Counted from the stretch's first letter, positions 26,493-35,714 are shown. The stretch: DNA of 64,000 nucleotides from an uncultured Caldithrix sp. (GCA_964461135.1 CAYWTB010000004.1:53385-117384); one strand, 5' to 3'. The notes: a model not told the origin generated them from the sequence alone. Numbers and translations: made by a program.

Positions 26493-26695
26493 TGGAGAAC
26501 CAGACCTTGCTTATATGATGTTTATATTAGACTTATAACGATGATGTGCAGAGATGAAGGTACTTACTGCTCGACCGGACGGGCGAATTACGCCAACCGG
26601 ATGGGCGGATATTTCGTGGAAGCAGCGTGACGGATAAATTTAAAAATGAGTGCCGGCATCCAGCAACAAAAGATTTCCCTGGCAGAGATGTAATT

Positions 26696-27598
26696 TTAGT
26701 GAGAATCGGGTGGCGAGGTCTTCCAGCGGCGGTGCATCCAGAAATATTGTTGGGGATGTTTACGGATGGCCCTCTCCAGCAGTCTCATCAGGTCAGCCGT
26801 CAGAATTTGCAGATTATCCCTGGAGAAAACCTGCCCCGAGCGATCCTTAACCGGTATCATATCAACGTCGAACTGGTATATGCCTACTCGCGTGGACAAT
26901 CCCAGAAACAGGGGTGCAGCGGTTTTCATGTGAAGAATAGCCGCGCCGGTATGAGTTGATGACGGGCGATTAAAGAATGAAACGAATATCCCACGATCTC
27001 CGGCATCCTGATCTCCCAATAGTGCTATCATTCTGCCGGCCCTTAACGCTTTTTCACAATTCTGAACCGCCCCGCGAGGATAGATAATCTGCAGACCCCA
27101 ATTTTCACGCCATTCTTTCATTCTTTTGTTGACCAGGACATTTTTTTGCCGCTGCTGGATAACTGCCGATCGAATACCCCGGACATAAAAATAATTAACG
27201 GCAACCTCCCAGTTTCCATAATGTCCGGAAACAACAATCGCCCCACGATCGTTTTTAACCGGCCGGACGACATTTTCGATTCTGGCCCGGTATACACGTT
27301 CTTCCAGATGCCGTTTACTCCATTTTTGCATTTTCATGAATTCCAGAATCACCAGGGAAAAATGGAGATAAGAAGAATAGGCGGTTCTCTTCCGCCATTT
27401 TGACGGTTTTTCCGGAAAAGCCAACCCTAAATTATCCAGGGCAACCTTGCGGCGGATTCGTAAAACATGGAATGCCAAAAAAGCAAACAGACGGGCTGCA
27501 GCAGGCAATGTGCTGTCCGGAAGAGAACCCACCAGTTTTTCTACCAGATGAAATCCCTGGAATTCCGCCCGATGCTGAAAAGAAATGCTGCTGGCCAT
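26696..27598 (-). CDS. Lysophospholipid acyltransferase, LpxL/HtrB-like (lipid A biosynthesis late acyltransferase family).
   Basis: 300 aa. The C-terminal KHPQQYFWMHRRWK signature is typical of LpxL/HtrB family members. Confidence 0.75.
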   Translation of the reverse strand: MASSISFQHRAEFQGFHLVEKLVGSLPDSTLPAAARLFAFLAFHVLRIRRKVALDNLGLAFPEKPSKWRKRTAYSSYLHFSLVILEFMKMQKWSKRHLEERVYRARIENVVRPVKNDRGAIVVSGHYGNWEVAVNYFYVRGIRSAVIQQRQKNVLVNKRMKEWRENWGLQIIYPRGAVQNCEKALRAGRMIALLGDQDAGDRGIFVSFFNRPSSTHTGAAILHMKTAAPLFLGLSTRVGIYQFDVDMIPVKDRSGQVFSRDNLQILTADLMRLLERAIRKHPQQYFWMHRRWKTSPPDSH

Positions 27599-27600
27599 TG

Positions 27601-29106
27601 CTATCCCTTAATTACGCCCAGAGGCTTCAGGCGTGCCACTTTACAGCTGATGCCGGCTTTATGCATAACCTCCACTACATCTGCCACATCTTTATAAGCC
27701 TGTGGCATTTCTCCCGCAATGGTTTTCATACCTTTTGCCCGTATTATAACGCCACGCCTTTTAAGTTCCTGGACAAGATTTCGTCCCTTTCCGGCTTTTA
27801 AAGCCTGGGTACGACTCTGGACGCGTCCCGCTCCATGACAGGTGCTGCCAAAGGTATCCTTCATGGCCTGATTGGTCCCCACAGCCACGAACGAATATCG
27901 TCCCATGTCTCCCGGCACCAGCACCGGTTGACCCACTTCCCGGTATTTTTGAGGTATTTCTGAATTCTGCGGGGGAAATGCGCGGGTGGCTCCCTTGCGG
28001 TGCACACACACTTTTTTTCTACTGCCATCTATATCATGCTCTTCAATCTTGGCCACATTATGGCAGACATCATAGACCAGCCGGAAACCGAAGTCATCAG
28101 AGGACATATTAAACATTTTTAACATGGTTCTACGGGTGATCGCCATAATAATCTGCCGGTTGTTCCAGGCAAAATTGGCCGCCGCCGCCATGGCACCCAG
28201 GTAATCCCTGCCTTCCGGTGACTGAACAGGCGCACAGGCCAGTTGCCTGTCGGGAAGCATTATCCCGTATCTGGGAATGGCTTTTACCAGGATCTTCAGA
28301 TAATCATCGCAAACCTGGTACCCCAGGCCACGTGATCCGGTATGAATAGAAATGGTAAGCTGCCCCGGGAATAATCCAAAAATTCCGGCAATTTCCTCAT
28401 CATACACTTCATCCACCATCTGCACCTCCAGGAAATGATTCCCTGAACCGAGTGTACCGGCCTGATCCTGTCCCCGCTCAATGGCACGGGAGCTGACTGC
28501 CTCCGGATCAGCCTGTTTCAAACAGCCGTTTTCTTCAGTAAACAGCAGATCCTCTTCCTCCCCGAAATCATTTTCCACAGCCCAGCCCGCTCCCTTCAGA
28601 AGAATTTGTTTAATCTCCCCGGGAGATAATTTCCGGATGGCTCCGGATGATCCAACGCCGGTGGGGATATTATGGAAAAGGGTTTCGACCAGCTTTTGCA
28701 TTTGGGGTTCCACCTGCCGGGCATGCAGATTTGTACGGATCAGCCTGACGCCGCAATTAATATCATATCCCACACCTCCGGGTGAGACCACTCCATTCTG
28801 TACATCGGTGGCAGCCACACCGCCGATCGGGAAACCATATCCCCAGTGTATGTCGGGCATGGCAAGGCTGTATTTCTGAATTCCGGGAAGATGAGCCACA
28901 TTAACTACCTGTTTAATGCTTTCATCATTTTGCAGGTATTTCTCTATCATTTTGCGGGAACTGTAAATGCGGCCGGGAACCCTCATTCCTCCCTGTGCCG
29001 GAATTTCCCATAAATAGTCATGGATGGGATGCAATTCATAACCGCTCACATGCATTATCGTTTCCCCTGTATATTTGAACAACTTCCCTTTGCTGTTAAT
29101 TGACAA
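27601..29106 (-). CDS. rtcB: RNA-splicing ligase RtcB (3'-phosphate/5'-OH RNA ligase).
   Basis: Full-length with RtcB hallmark segments, including ...HTGSRGLGYQV and GSTCHGAGR (metal and GTP ligands). Confidence 0.9.
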   Translation of the reverse strand: MSINSKGKLFKYTGETIMHVSGYELHPIHDYLWEIPAQGGMRVPGRIYSSRKMIEKYLQNDESIKQVVNVAHLPGIQKYSLAMPDIHWGYGFPIGGVAATDVQNGVVSPGGVGYDINCGVRLIRTNLHARQVEPQMQKLVETLFHNIPTGVGSSGAIRKLSPGEIKQILLKGAGWAVENDFGEEEDLLFTEENGCLKQADPEAVSSRAIERGQDQAGTLGSGNHFLEVQMVDEVYDEEIAGIFGLFPGQLTISIHTGSRGLGYQVCDDYLKILVKAIPRYGIMLPDRQLACAPVQSPEGRDYLGAMAAAANFAWNNRQIIMAITRRTMLKMFNMSSDDFGFRLVYDVCHNVAKIEEHDIDGSRKKVCVHRKGATRAFPPQNSEIPQKYREVGQPVLVPGDMGRYSFVAVGTNQAMKDTFGSTCHGAGRVQSRTQALKAGKGRNLVQELKRRGVIIRAKGMKTIAGEMPQAYKDVADVVEVMHKAGISCKVARLKPLGVIKG

Positions 29107-29257
29107 ATTTCATCCTGAAGACCCCGAGACATTAAGAATTTTAAGGTTCTGAACAGGAAAGTGTCATTTTCACTCGTTTCTCAAATTACATTTCTTAAAA
29201 ACTATTATTATTTTGAACCTTCTGTCCGGCGTCTTCCTGGTTGTGAAGTATCCACTC

Positions 29258-29689
29258 CTATATGTCAAAAACCAACAGGGTCCGGTATACGCCGTTTTCT
29301 TTTTCAATATTCAACTGATGGAAAGTTACCGCTTTTATTTCAATTTCGATCGAATGTCTCTGTGGGTCCAGTAGTTCACCTGCAATCTCTGCATTAAGTT
29401 TCCAAATCTCTTCTGATTTTTCCACCTTCAGATATTCAAATGTGTAAAATACCCATCTTTTTACCGTTAGCAAATAATTCAGTTCATCGATACAGTTCAC
29501 CAGAAGTTCTTCCAGGGATGATGTCTCAAAAGTGAGCTGTTTTTTTTCAACGGGAGCACCTTGCGAATTTTCCAACACCACCTCCCGCCAGGCTGCCGCC
29601 GCAGTCCGGATCAGATCTTCATAATTGTCCCCCTCCAGTCGTACGGCGACATCCGCGGTATGGTCAATCTGTTTATATGTTCCCATCAC
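29258..29689 (-). CDS. Archease (RtcB activator).
   Basis: 143 aa. The N-terminal YKQIDHTADVAVRLEGDNYEDL matches the archease family and it lies adjacent to rtcB. Confidence 0.85.
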   Translation of the reverse strand: MMGTYKQIDHTADVAVRLEGDNYEDLIRTAAAAWREVVLENSQGAPVEKKQLTFETSSLEELLVNCIDELNYLLTVKRWVFYTFEYLKVEKSEEIWKLNAEIAGELLDPQRHSIEIEIKAVTFHQLNIEKENGVYRTLLVFDI

Positions 29690-29947
29690 TCATAAATTAC
29701 GTAATGGAGACGGGTTGTCAAAGAATTATTCTTGGGAATTCGGGCATCCTGCTGTCGGAAAAACAGAAGGATAAAATAAAAGATTAAAGATAGCTGAAAG
29801 AAGAGAGCAGTAACCAACATTCCCGGCGACTCTGACTCCCTGCGGTGGTCTCATCGGTCAGCAGGTAGGCGGATTCGTCCGCTGGCGGAGATAAAATCAT
29901 CCAGAAACCAGCATCAAGCACACAATGTAATTGTACGGGTTCTATAC

Positions 29948-31096
29948 TCAATCCCGAGATTGATAAACCGCTGATACAAATGGACCCTGCAGGTAATCCT
30001 GCGGATCAATCTGGCTTTGCAGGATGCAACCGAAATACCCGCCCATCAGCAGCATCCGGGCACATTCACACAACCCCGCCGCGGTAGTAGCCTGGATGGC
30101 ACGCAATACCTTACCGGCAATGTGAAATGGGTGTATCATATAATAGCTTTCCAGGATTCTCAATCTCCCCCGCTGATCTTTTCCACTGACCGAGGCATAA
30201 ATAACCACCACATCGTGTTCCACCGCCGGAATTGATTCTTCCATGCGCTGCTGAAGTTTCTGTACCCGGTCCTCACCATGGGGAATATGGCGCAGGATGC
30301 CTTCAATCCAGTCATAATGTCCCGGATAACGAAGTGTCTTGTAATCCAGTTCCCGGGTTTTCCCTGCCAGTGCTTCTGTAAGGTCGGCCGCACCGCCGGA
30401 GGTAAGATCCTCTTCATATTCTATTCCATAGAGAATAATTCTGGAACGCTCGGTAAGAGAGGCTTTTATGGTGGTTTCATAATTCCGTATAATTCTGGCC
30501 GGTTTGACATACAGCGTGGCTACTCCCACCGGGCTCCAGGTAAATCCATAAAAATACGGGGGATAGGCATTCTGGGTCAGTGCGCCAACCTTCATATGAA
30601 TGGTATTCACTTTTTCCACTTTATAATCCTTGCAGAACTGGTGATAAAGGCCGTTGGCCAGGACATTAATGAAACCCGGAGCCAGACCTGCCTGCAGGAT
30701 ATAGCCCATTTTGGCATCCCGGGCAATCTCAATCACCTCATTGGTCTCTTTTACATATTCGGTAAGATTTACGTAATGCAAACGGTGTTTTTTGGCCAGC
30801 CGTGCTATCCGTGGCGCCTGGTTTCCGGGAAGACAATCCAGGATGATATCCGCCTGATCCAGCAGGTGGTCAAACCCGGCATCGCTGCCTTCTTTCGGCA
30901 TTACAAAATATTCCACTTCTCCCTGGCGGAACGAGCTGGTGAGAATCCATCCTGCAGCTTCCTTAGCCGCCGCTTCATAACGGTCTCCCAGATAGATATG
31001 GCTGCTGAATTCACCCAGCTCCCGCAGTAACAAACCGGCCGCCCGCCCGATTCCACCGGCACCGGCAATAATAATCTTATACGTTTCTCTACCCAC
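29948..31096 (-). CDS. Saccharopine dehydrogenase-like NAD(P)-binding oxidoreductase.
   Basis: The N-terminal Rossmann motif is IIIAGAGGIGRAAGLLL. At 382 aa the length matches the saccharopine DH family. Confidence 0.75.
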   Translation of the reverse strand: MGRETYKIIIAGAGGIGRAAGLLLRELGEFSSHIYLGDRYEAAAKEAAGWILTSSFRQGEVEYFVMPKEGSDAGFDHLLDQADIILDCLPGNQAPRIARLAKKHRLHYVNLTEYVKETNEVIEIARDAKMGYILQAGLAPGFINVLANGLYHQFCKDYKVEKVNTIHMKVGALTQNAYPPYFYGFTWSPVGVATLYVKPARIIRNYETTIKASLTERSRIILYGIEYEEDLTSGGAADLTEALAGKTRELDYKTLRYPGHYDWIEGILRHIPHGEDRVQKLQQRMEESIPAVEHDVVVIYASVSGKDQRGRLRILESYYMIHPFHIAGKVLRAIQATTAAGLCECARMLLMGGYFGCILQSQIDPQDYLQGPFVSAVYQSRD

Positions 31097-31189
31097 AGGT
31101 CACCTCTGTCTGAAATTTAAATGCTGTATCATTCAATGTTTGATACCAGAGTTAACAAGGTATCTGTTATTATTGCCATGCTTGCATTC

Positions 31190-32794
31190 TTATTTTTCCA
31201 GAGGCTGCCATTCTCCGAAGGTTTCGATATTAACCTGGATCTGCGGATCAGTTTCATATTTTTCGAAGGTATTATAATACCAGCCCATATATTCCGAATC
31301 ACCTCCATTCTGGGTGGTGATCAGGGGGCGATTGGAGAGATGCCCGATGTTGTCTAAACGATCACGGGGTTCCAGTTTGTCACCGCCCTGTGGATCGATT
31401 GGTATCCAGCCATAGTTGGGAAGATAAACTTCCGGCCAGCGATGAAAAACCTCATCCAGGCTGGCATCATCACCCCGCACCATTACCGCACCCACATATC
31501 GCGCCGGCAGACCGGCTGCCCGGCACAGAGATATGAAACTGAACGTGTATTCTGAACAGGAACCGGTGCCTCTTTTCAGAACAAAGGGAGCCACATTCCA
31601 GCCACCTTCCAGCTTATATTCCAGGGTATTGCGTACATAATCAAATATTTTACGGGCAATCCAGTAGGGATTTTTTTCTGCGCTCACTTCCTTCTGGACA
31701 ATATCCCGGATATAGGGGTCATTAATCTCATACTTACTGCCATCCGCGGTATATCTCCCGCGGATATTGGACGGAATATCCGAGAGGATTCCGCATTGAT
31801 CAGGGAAAATAAAGTAACGGATTTCCGAAATCTCCGCCTCCACGGTCATTACCAAAGTGCTCTTGCTTTCGGAGATCAGGTTCTTATAATTAAAATGGGC
31901 AAACTTCTGCTTCCAGTGGTCTTCAACCGTTTGGTAATCCGTGGGATTAAATTTCACGGAAAGTATTTTCTGCTGATTTAAATTTTCCGGTACGGCAAAA
32001 TACACATCCAGGTTCTGAAGCTTTCCGGTGCCGGTTGTTTTTACCTCATGGATCAAGGTTATCAGAGCCTTACGGGTATTGTCCAGATGGAACAGGTCCT
32101 GATCTTTGCGTACCAGCTGATACATGGCATCTGTCTGGTAATCCACATTCCAGAGAGTGGTTCCATCCCAGGTTATTCCCCGCGGATAGGGGGCAGGAGA
32201 GTCACACATGATGATAACTTCCCCATTGGCCGGATCAATCATATACAATTCATTGGCCAGGCGATCGGAGCTCCACAGGTAGCGGCCGTCGAAGGTGAGA
32301 CCCTGAACGGTGCGGGCCGGAGCTGTGAAAGTCTTCAGGGCGGTTCCATCACTCAGATCAATTTTCATGATACTGTTCTCTTTGGAATCGCTTACCCATA
32401 GCGTCTTGCCGTCCCAGGCCAGGCCTTCAGGATTATCACTCGGAGCATCTATTGCCGCCAGAATGGATCCATTTCGGGGATCAATTTTAAAGATCTTTTT
32501 CTGCCTGGAATCCACATTCCACAAGTGTGACCCGTCCCAGGCCAGTCCCATCGGCCAGAAACCGGGTGAAGGAATGGAATGTTGAACTTTTCCGGTTTCC
32601 GGATCGATACTATAAATTTTATCCTCTTTATGATCCGCCACCCAGAGATATTTTCCGTCGAAGGTCATTCCGGTAGAATGTAAAGCCGGTGCCGGAAATT
32701 CTTTAATAATTTTTCCCGGATAGCCGTACATCACAGAAACGGTTAGTAATAAAAGCAAACATATCAAAAGGTTAATTCTGGACATAATAATCAC
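31190..32794 (-). CDS. Secreted two-domain protein: an N-terminal beta-propeller of ~47-aa repeats (glutaminyl-cyclase-like blades) fused to a C-terminal transglutaminase-like cysteine protease core.
   Basis: Signal peptide MIIMSRINLLICLLLLLTVSVMYG. Five repeats of the type GLAWDG.HLW..D.....I.KID...G are present. The C-terminal GTGSCSEYTFSFISLCRAAGLPARYV carries the catalytic Cys, with His and Asp-like positions downstream. Confidence 0.7.
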   Translation of the reverse strand: MIIMSRINLLICLLLLLTVSVMYGYPGKIIKEFPAPALHSTGMTFDGKYLWVADHKEDKIYSIDPETGKVQHSIPSPGFWPMGLAWDGSHLWNVDSRQKKIFKIDPRNGSILAAIDAPSDNPEGLAWDGKTLWVSDSKENSIMKIDLSDGTALKTFTAPARTVQGLTFDGRYLWSSDRLANELYMIDPANGEVIIMCDSPAPYPRGITWDGTTLWNVDYQTDAMYQLVRKDQDLFHLDNTRKALITLIHEVKTTGTGKLQNLDVYFAVPENLNQQKILSVKFNPTDYQTVEDHWKQKFAHFNYKNLISESKSTLVMTVEAEISEIRYFIFPDQCGILSDIPSNIRGRYTADGSKYEINDPYIRDIVQKEVSAEKNPYWIARKIFDYVRNTLEYKLEGGWNVAPFVLKRGTGSCSEYTFSFISLCRAAGLPARYVGAVMVRGDDASLDEVFHRWPEVYLPNYGWIPIDPQGGDKLEPRDRLDNIGHLSNRPLITTQNGGDSEYMGWYYNTFEKYETDPQIQVNIETFGEWQPLEK

Positions 32795-33153
32795 CTTCTT
32801 TAATTTAAACAGATAATTGATTTAATACCCGTAAAATGTAGCATGCGGGAGGTATCAAAACAATTGTGAATTTATTATGTGAAAACAGGGTAAAGGGAAT
32901 AGGGTAAAGGACAAAGAGGACAGGCTTCAGGAATCAGGAGTCACAGGAAGTACAAGATCAAAGATCGAAGATTACCACAAAGTGGTCGCTATGCGAAAGA
33001 TTAAAGAGGATAACAGGGATAAGGGAAAATATGGCAGTGGACAGTAACCAGCATCTAGAATCCAGTTGGCAGTAGGCAGAAAGTTTCAAGGTTAAAGACT
33101 TAAATTAAGGTACCAGAAAAAACTGTATAAATAGGGAAATTTCGTAATAATTC

Positions 33154-33256
33154 GTGTAATTCGTGGACAAAAAAAACAGTTGGCAGTCTGCAGTCTTTAG
33201 TTGGCAAAAAAACAAGATTCCCGAAAAATACGTTTTCCTCCGGAAAACAAATCGGG
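33154..33256. repeat. Conserved ~100-bp non-coding core element, copy A. About 98% identical, as its reverse complement, to 55748..55848.
   Basis: The two copies were aligned by eye and differ by about 4 substitutions or indels over ~100 bp. The element contains the internal hairpin cccgaTTTGTTTTCCGGAGGAAAACGtatttttcggg and direct repeats of agttggca. A flanking hairpin ctaaatca-gcca-tgatttag lies at 33258..33277. Confidence 0.6.
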
Positions 33257-33338
33257 ACTAAATCAGCCATGATTTAGCCCCTACCCAGCAGCTAGCACCC
33301 AGCATCATTATTCCCGACGACTCTGGCTCTGTTGGAAT

Positions 33339-34079
33339 TCATTTCCTGGAATCGGCCTCATCCATCAGCCTGCAGGCTTCCAGAAGCACATTCATGGTGG
33401 ATCCCTGGATATTCCGTTCTACCTTTTTGTCCACCGTCGGTTCAAATTTAAAAATTCCTTCCTTAAATGCGACCATTTTGTTGACGGCATCCTTACCCAG
33501 GATATTATCCGCAACCCGGGCGTAAATCATATCACCCTTGTCAAAGACAATCTCCCCTTTGTCGTCGGCCGTCACTTCCATTCTTCCGCTGCGCTTATTC
33601 AGATTAAGCAGCTGTACCATCTCCACCAGTGACAGATCGGCCAGATTTCCTTCGAAACCTTTCATCTGTGAAACTTGTTCATTTTCCACTGTTTTAACAC
33701 GTTTAGCCCTGCCCAACAGGGTTCCAACCTTTTCCAGTAGAATTTTACGATCTACAGGTTTTACCAGGTATTCATCAGCACCCGCCCTGAAACCCCGGAT
33801 TTCCATATCCTGGTCACTAAGACTGGTGAGAAAAATGAAGGGCACCATGGGTATTTCCGAATTTTCCCGCACCATCCAGCAGAATTCGATACCATCAGTC
33901 TGGGGCATCATCACATCGGAAATAACCAGATCCGGCTTAACTGAATTTACCTTCTCAATCCCTTCATCTCCGTTTTCAGCCGTATAAACCTCATAACCGG
34001 CCTTCTGAATACTGATGCTCAACAGCTTCAGGACATGCGGATTATCATCAACAATCAGTATTTTTTCTTTTTGTGCCAT
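33339..34079 (-). CDS. Orphan response regulator: REC domain plus a C-terminal DUF4388-like domain.
   Basis: Receiver motifs are ILIVDDNPHV...DLVISDVMMPQTDG...K. The C-terminal GNLADLSLVEMVQLLNLNKRSGRMEV...G.I.F..G is DUF4388-like; this assignment is from memory. Confidence 0.7.
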   Translation of the reverse strand: MAQKEKILIVDDNPHVLKLLSISIQKAGYEVYTAENGDEGIEKVNSVKPDLVISDVMMPQTDGIEFCWMVRENSEIPMVPFIFLTSLSDQDMEIRGFRAGADEYLVKPVDRKILLEKVGTLLGRAKRVKTVENEQVSQMKGFEGNLADLSLVEMVQLLNLNKRSGRMEVTADDKGEIVFDKGDMIYARVADNILGKDAVNKMVAFKEGIFKFEPTVDKKVERNIQGSTMNVLLEACRLMDEADSRK

Positions 34080-34143
34080 TACAGATCACATTGAATTTAT
34101 AATTAAGAATTATCCCCGGGATTCTTAGTAACCAACAGGATTC

Positions 34144-35175
34144 TCAGGAGACATTCTTCAATTTTGAAAAACGAATGGTTTTATTTCGTCCGCTGGCTTT
34201 AGCCTGCTGTAAGGCCTTATTGGTATATTCCAGAAAGTGTTCTGTCTTCTTACTCTCGGCAAGATCAATTTCCAACAGACCAATACTCACTGTCAGTTTC
34301 TGATAATCATGCTTTCGTTTGGGAGAAAGTTTCTTGAGTTCATAAAAATTCTGATCAAAAAACTTAGTCTGGGCCACGGCGGAACGAATTCTTTCCGCTT
34401 CATAAAATGCACCCGCTTCATTGGTGATGGGCAACACGACAGCAAAACGGTTGGCCTCAAATCTGAAAACAACATCTGTTGTGCGTGTATTGTTTAGTAT
34501 GACATTGGCAACACGCATCAGAATATAATCGCCGGTTTTTTCCCCGAACACCTCATTGACATTATGAAAAAGATCCACATCAATAAGAACCAGGGACAAC
34601 TGATGTTTATATCGTTTAGCCCTGGCCAGTTCTTCCTTGAGCCGTTTATGAAGAAAGGTTCTATTATACAGGCCGGTCAGGGGGTCGGTGATCTGGGTTC
34701 CCTCCAGCTCCACCGTTTTCTTCTGCAGCTGTTCGATTTCTTTCAGTGCATCCGATTTCTCAGCTATCAGACTTTTATTATGCTGTCTCAGATTATTCAC
34801 GAGTTCCTTTTTGTGCAGGATGGACTTAACTCTGGCGACCAGTTCCTTGGCATTGAAAGGTTTTAAAATATAATCATCCGCCCCCAGTTCAATACCCATA
34901 ATGCGGTGCTCATCCTCCACATAATTGGCTGAAAGAAAAACCACCGGGATATCCTTAGTCTGAGGATTTTCCTTCAGAATTTTACAGGCCTCAAAGCCAT
35001 TCATCACAGGCATCAATGCATCCAGAATAATGATGTCCGGTTGCTCTTTTTCCGCCACGCTGACACCTTCCTTACCATTTACAGCTCTGAAGACAGTAAA
35101 CTCATAAAAGCGCAGCAGATGATCCAGAGTATCAAGCATGTCTTCATTATCGTCAACAATCAACACTTTGGACAT
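34144..35175 (-). CDS. Response regulator with a degenerate GGDEF domain: the I-site RxxD is retained and the A-site GGEEF is replaced by EANRF. Likely a c-di-GMP receptor rather than a cyclase.
   Basis: The REC domain is VLIVDDNEDM...DIIILDALMPVMNG. The GGDEF fold contains DPLTGLYNR, but the active-site stretch is RTTDVVFRFEANRFAVVLP, compared with RESDLVARYGGEEFAVLLP in PleD. Confidence 0.8.
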   Translation of the reverse strand: MSKVLIVDDNEDMLDTLDHLLRFYEFTVFRAVNGKEGVSVAEKEQPDIIILDALMPVMNGFEACKILKENPQTKDIPVVFLSANYVEDEHRIMGIELGADDYILKPFNAKELVARVKSILHKKELVNNLRQHNKSLIAEKSDALKEIEQLQKKTVELEGTQITDPLTGLYNRTFLHKRLKEELARAKRYKHQLSLVLIDVDLFHNVNEVFGEKTGDYILMRVANVILNNTRTTDVVFRFEANRFAVVLPITNEAGAFYEAERIRSAVAQTKFFDQNFYELKKLSPKRKHDYQKLTVSIGLLEIDLAESKKTEHFLEYTNKALQQAKASGRNKTIRFSKLKNVS

Positions 35176-35326
35176 CGATAAACTCGTCCTTCCATTTAAA
35201 ACGCTTAAGATGTTTATTTATATTTTGTTGTACTTTGATTCACCCGCCTCCCTCTGGCACAATTGAATTCCACGGGTTGTGATACCCGTTCGGGAGAAAA
35301 TTTCACTATTTTCAGGTGATCCGTTT

Positions 35327-35701
35327 TTAAATCAGTTCTTCATATCCGGATTTATCCAGCAGTTGGTTTACCTCATTCTTATCTGACAATTTTATTTTAA
35401 TCATCCACCCCTCACCGTAGGGATCCTTATTAATGATTTCAGGTTCATCGGAGAGTTTGGAATTAATATCGGTAACTTCGCCGCTGAAGGGAGCAAAAAG
35501 GTCGGAGACGGCTTTCACTGCTTCTATGGTTCCGAAGCTTTCGGATTGTTTGGTTTTAAGTCCTTTTTCCGGCAATTCCACATAGACAATGTCACCCAGT
35601 TCGCTTTGAGCATAGTCGGTAATTCCAATAGTGGCCACATCGCCCTCAATCCGTGCCCATTCATGGTCTTTAGTATACTTGAGATCTTCCGGAATTTGCA
35701 T
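35327..35701 (-). CDS. gcvH: Glycine cleavage system H protein.
   Basis: 124 aa. The lipoyl-lysine motif is EAVKAVSDLFAPFSGEV. The N-terminal YTKDHEWAR is typical of GcvH. Confidence 0.9.
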   Translation of the reverse strand: MQIPEDLKYTKDHEWARIEGDVATIGITDYAQSELGDIVYVELPEKGLKTKQSESFGTIEAVKAVSDLFAPFSGEVTDINSKLSDEPEIINKDPYGEGWMIKIKLSDKNEVNQLLDKSGYEELI

Positions 35702-35714
35702 TTTTGCCCTCCAA

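Noticed and set aside
35251-35270. TGGCAC-containing sequence (ctggcacaattgaattc) upstream of the degenerate-GGDEF regulator.
   Set aside because: The -12 position reads AATT rather than TTGC or TTG, and the element is oriented away from the minus-strand gene. It is not a sigma-54 promoter.
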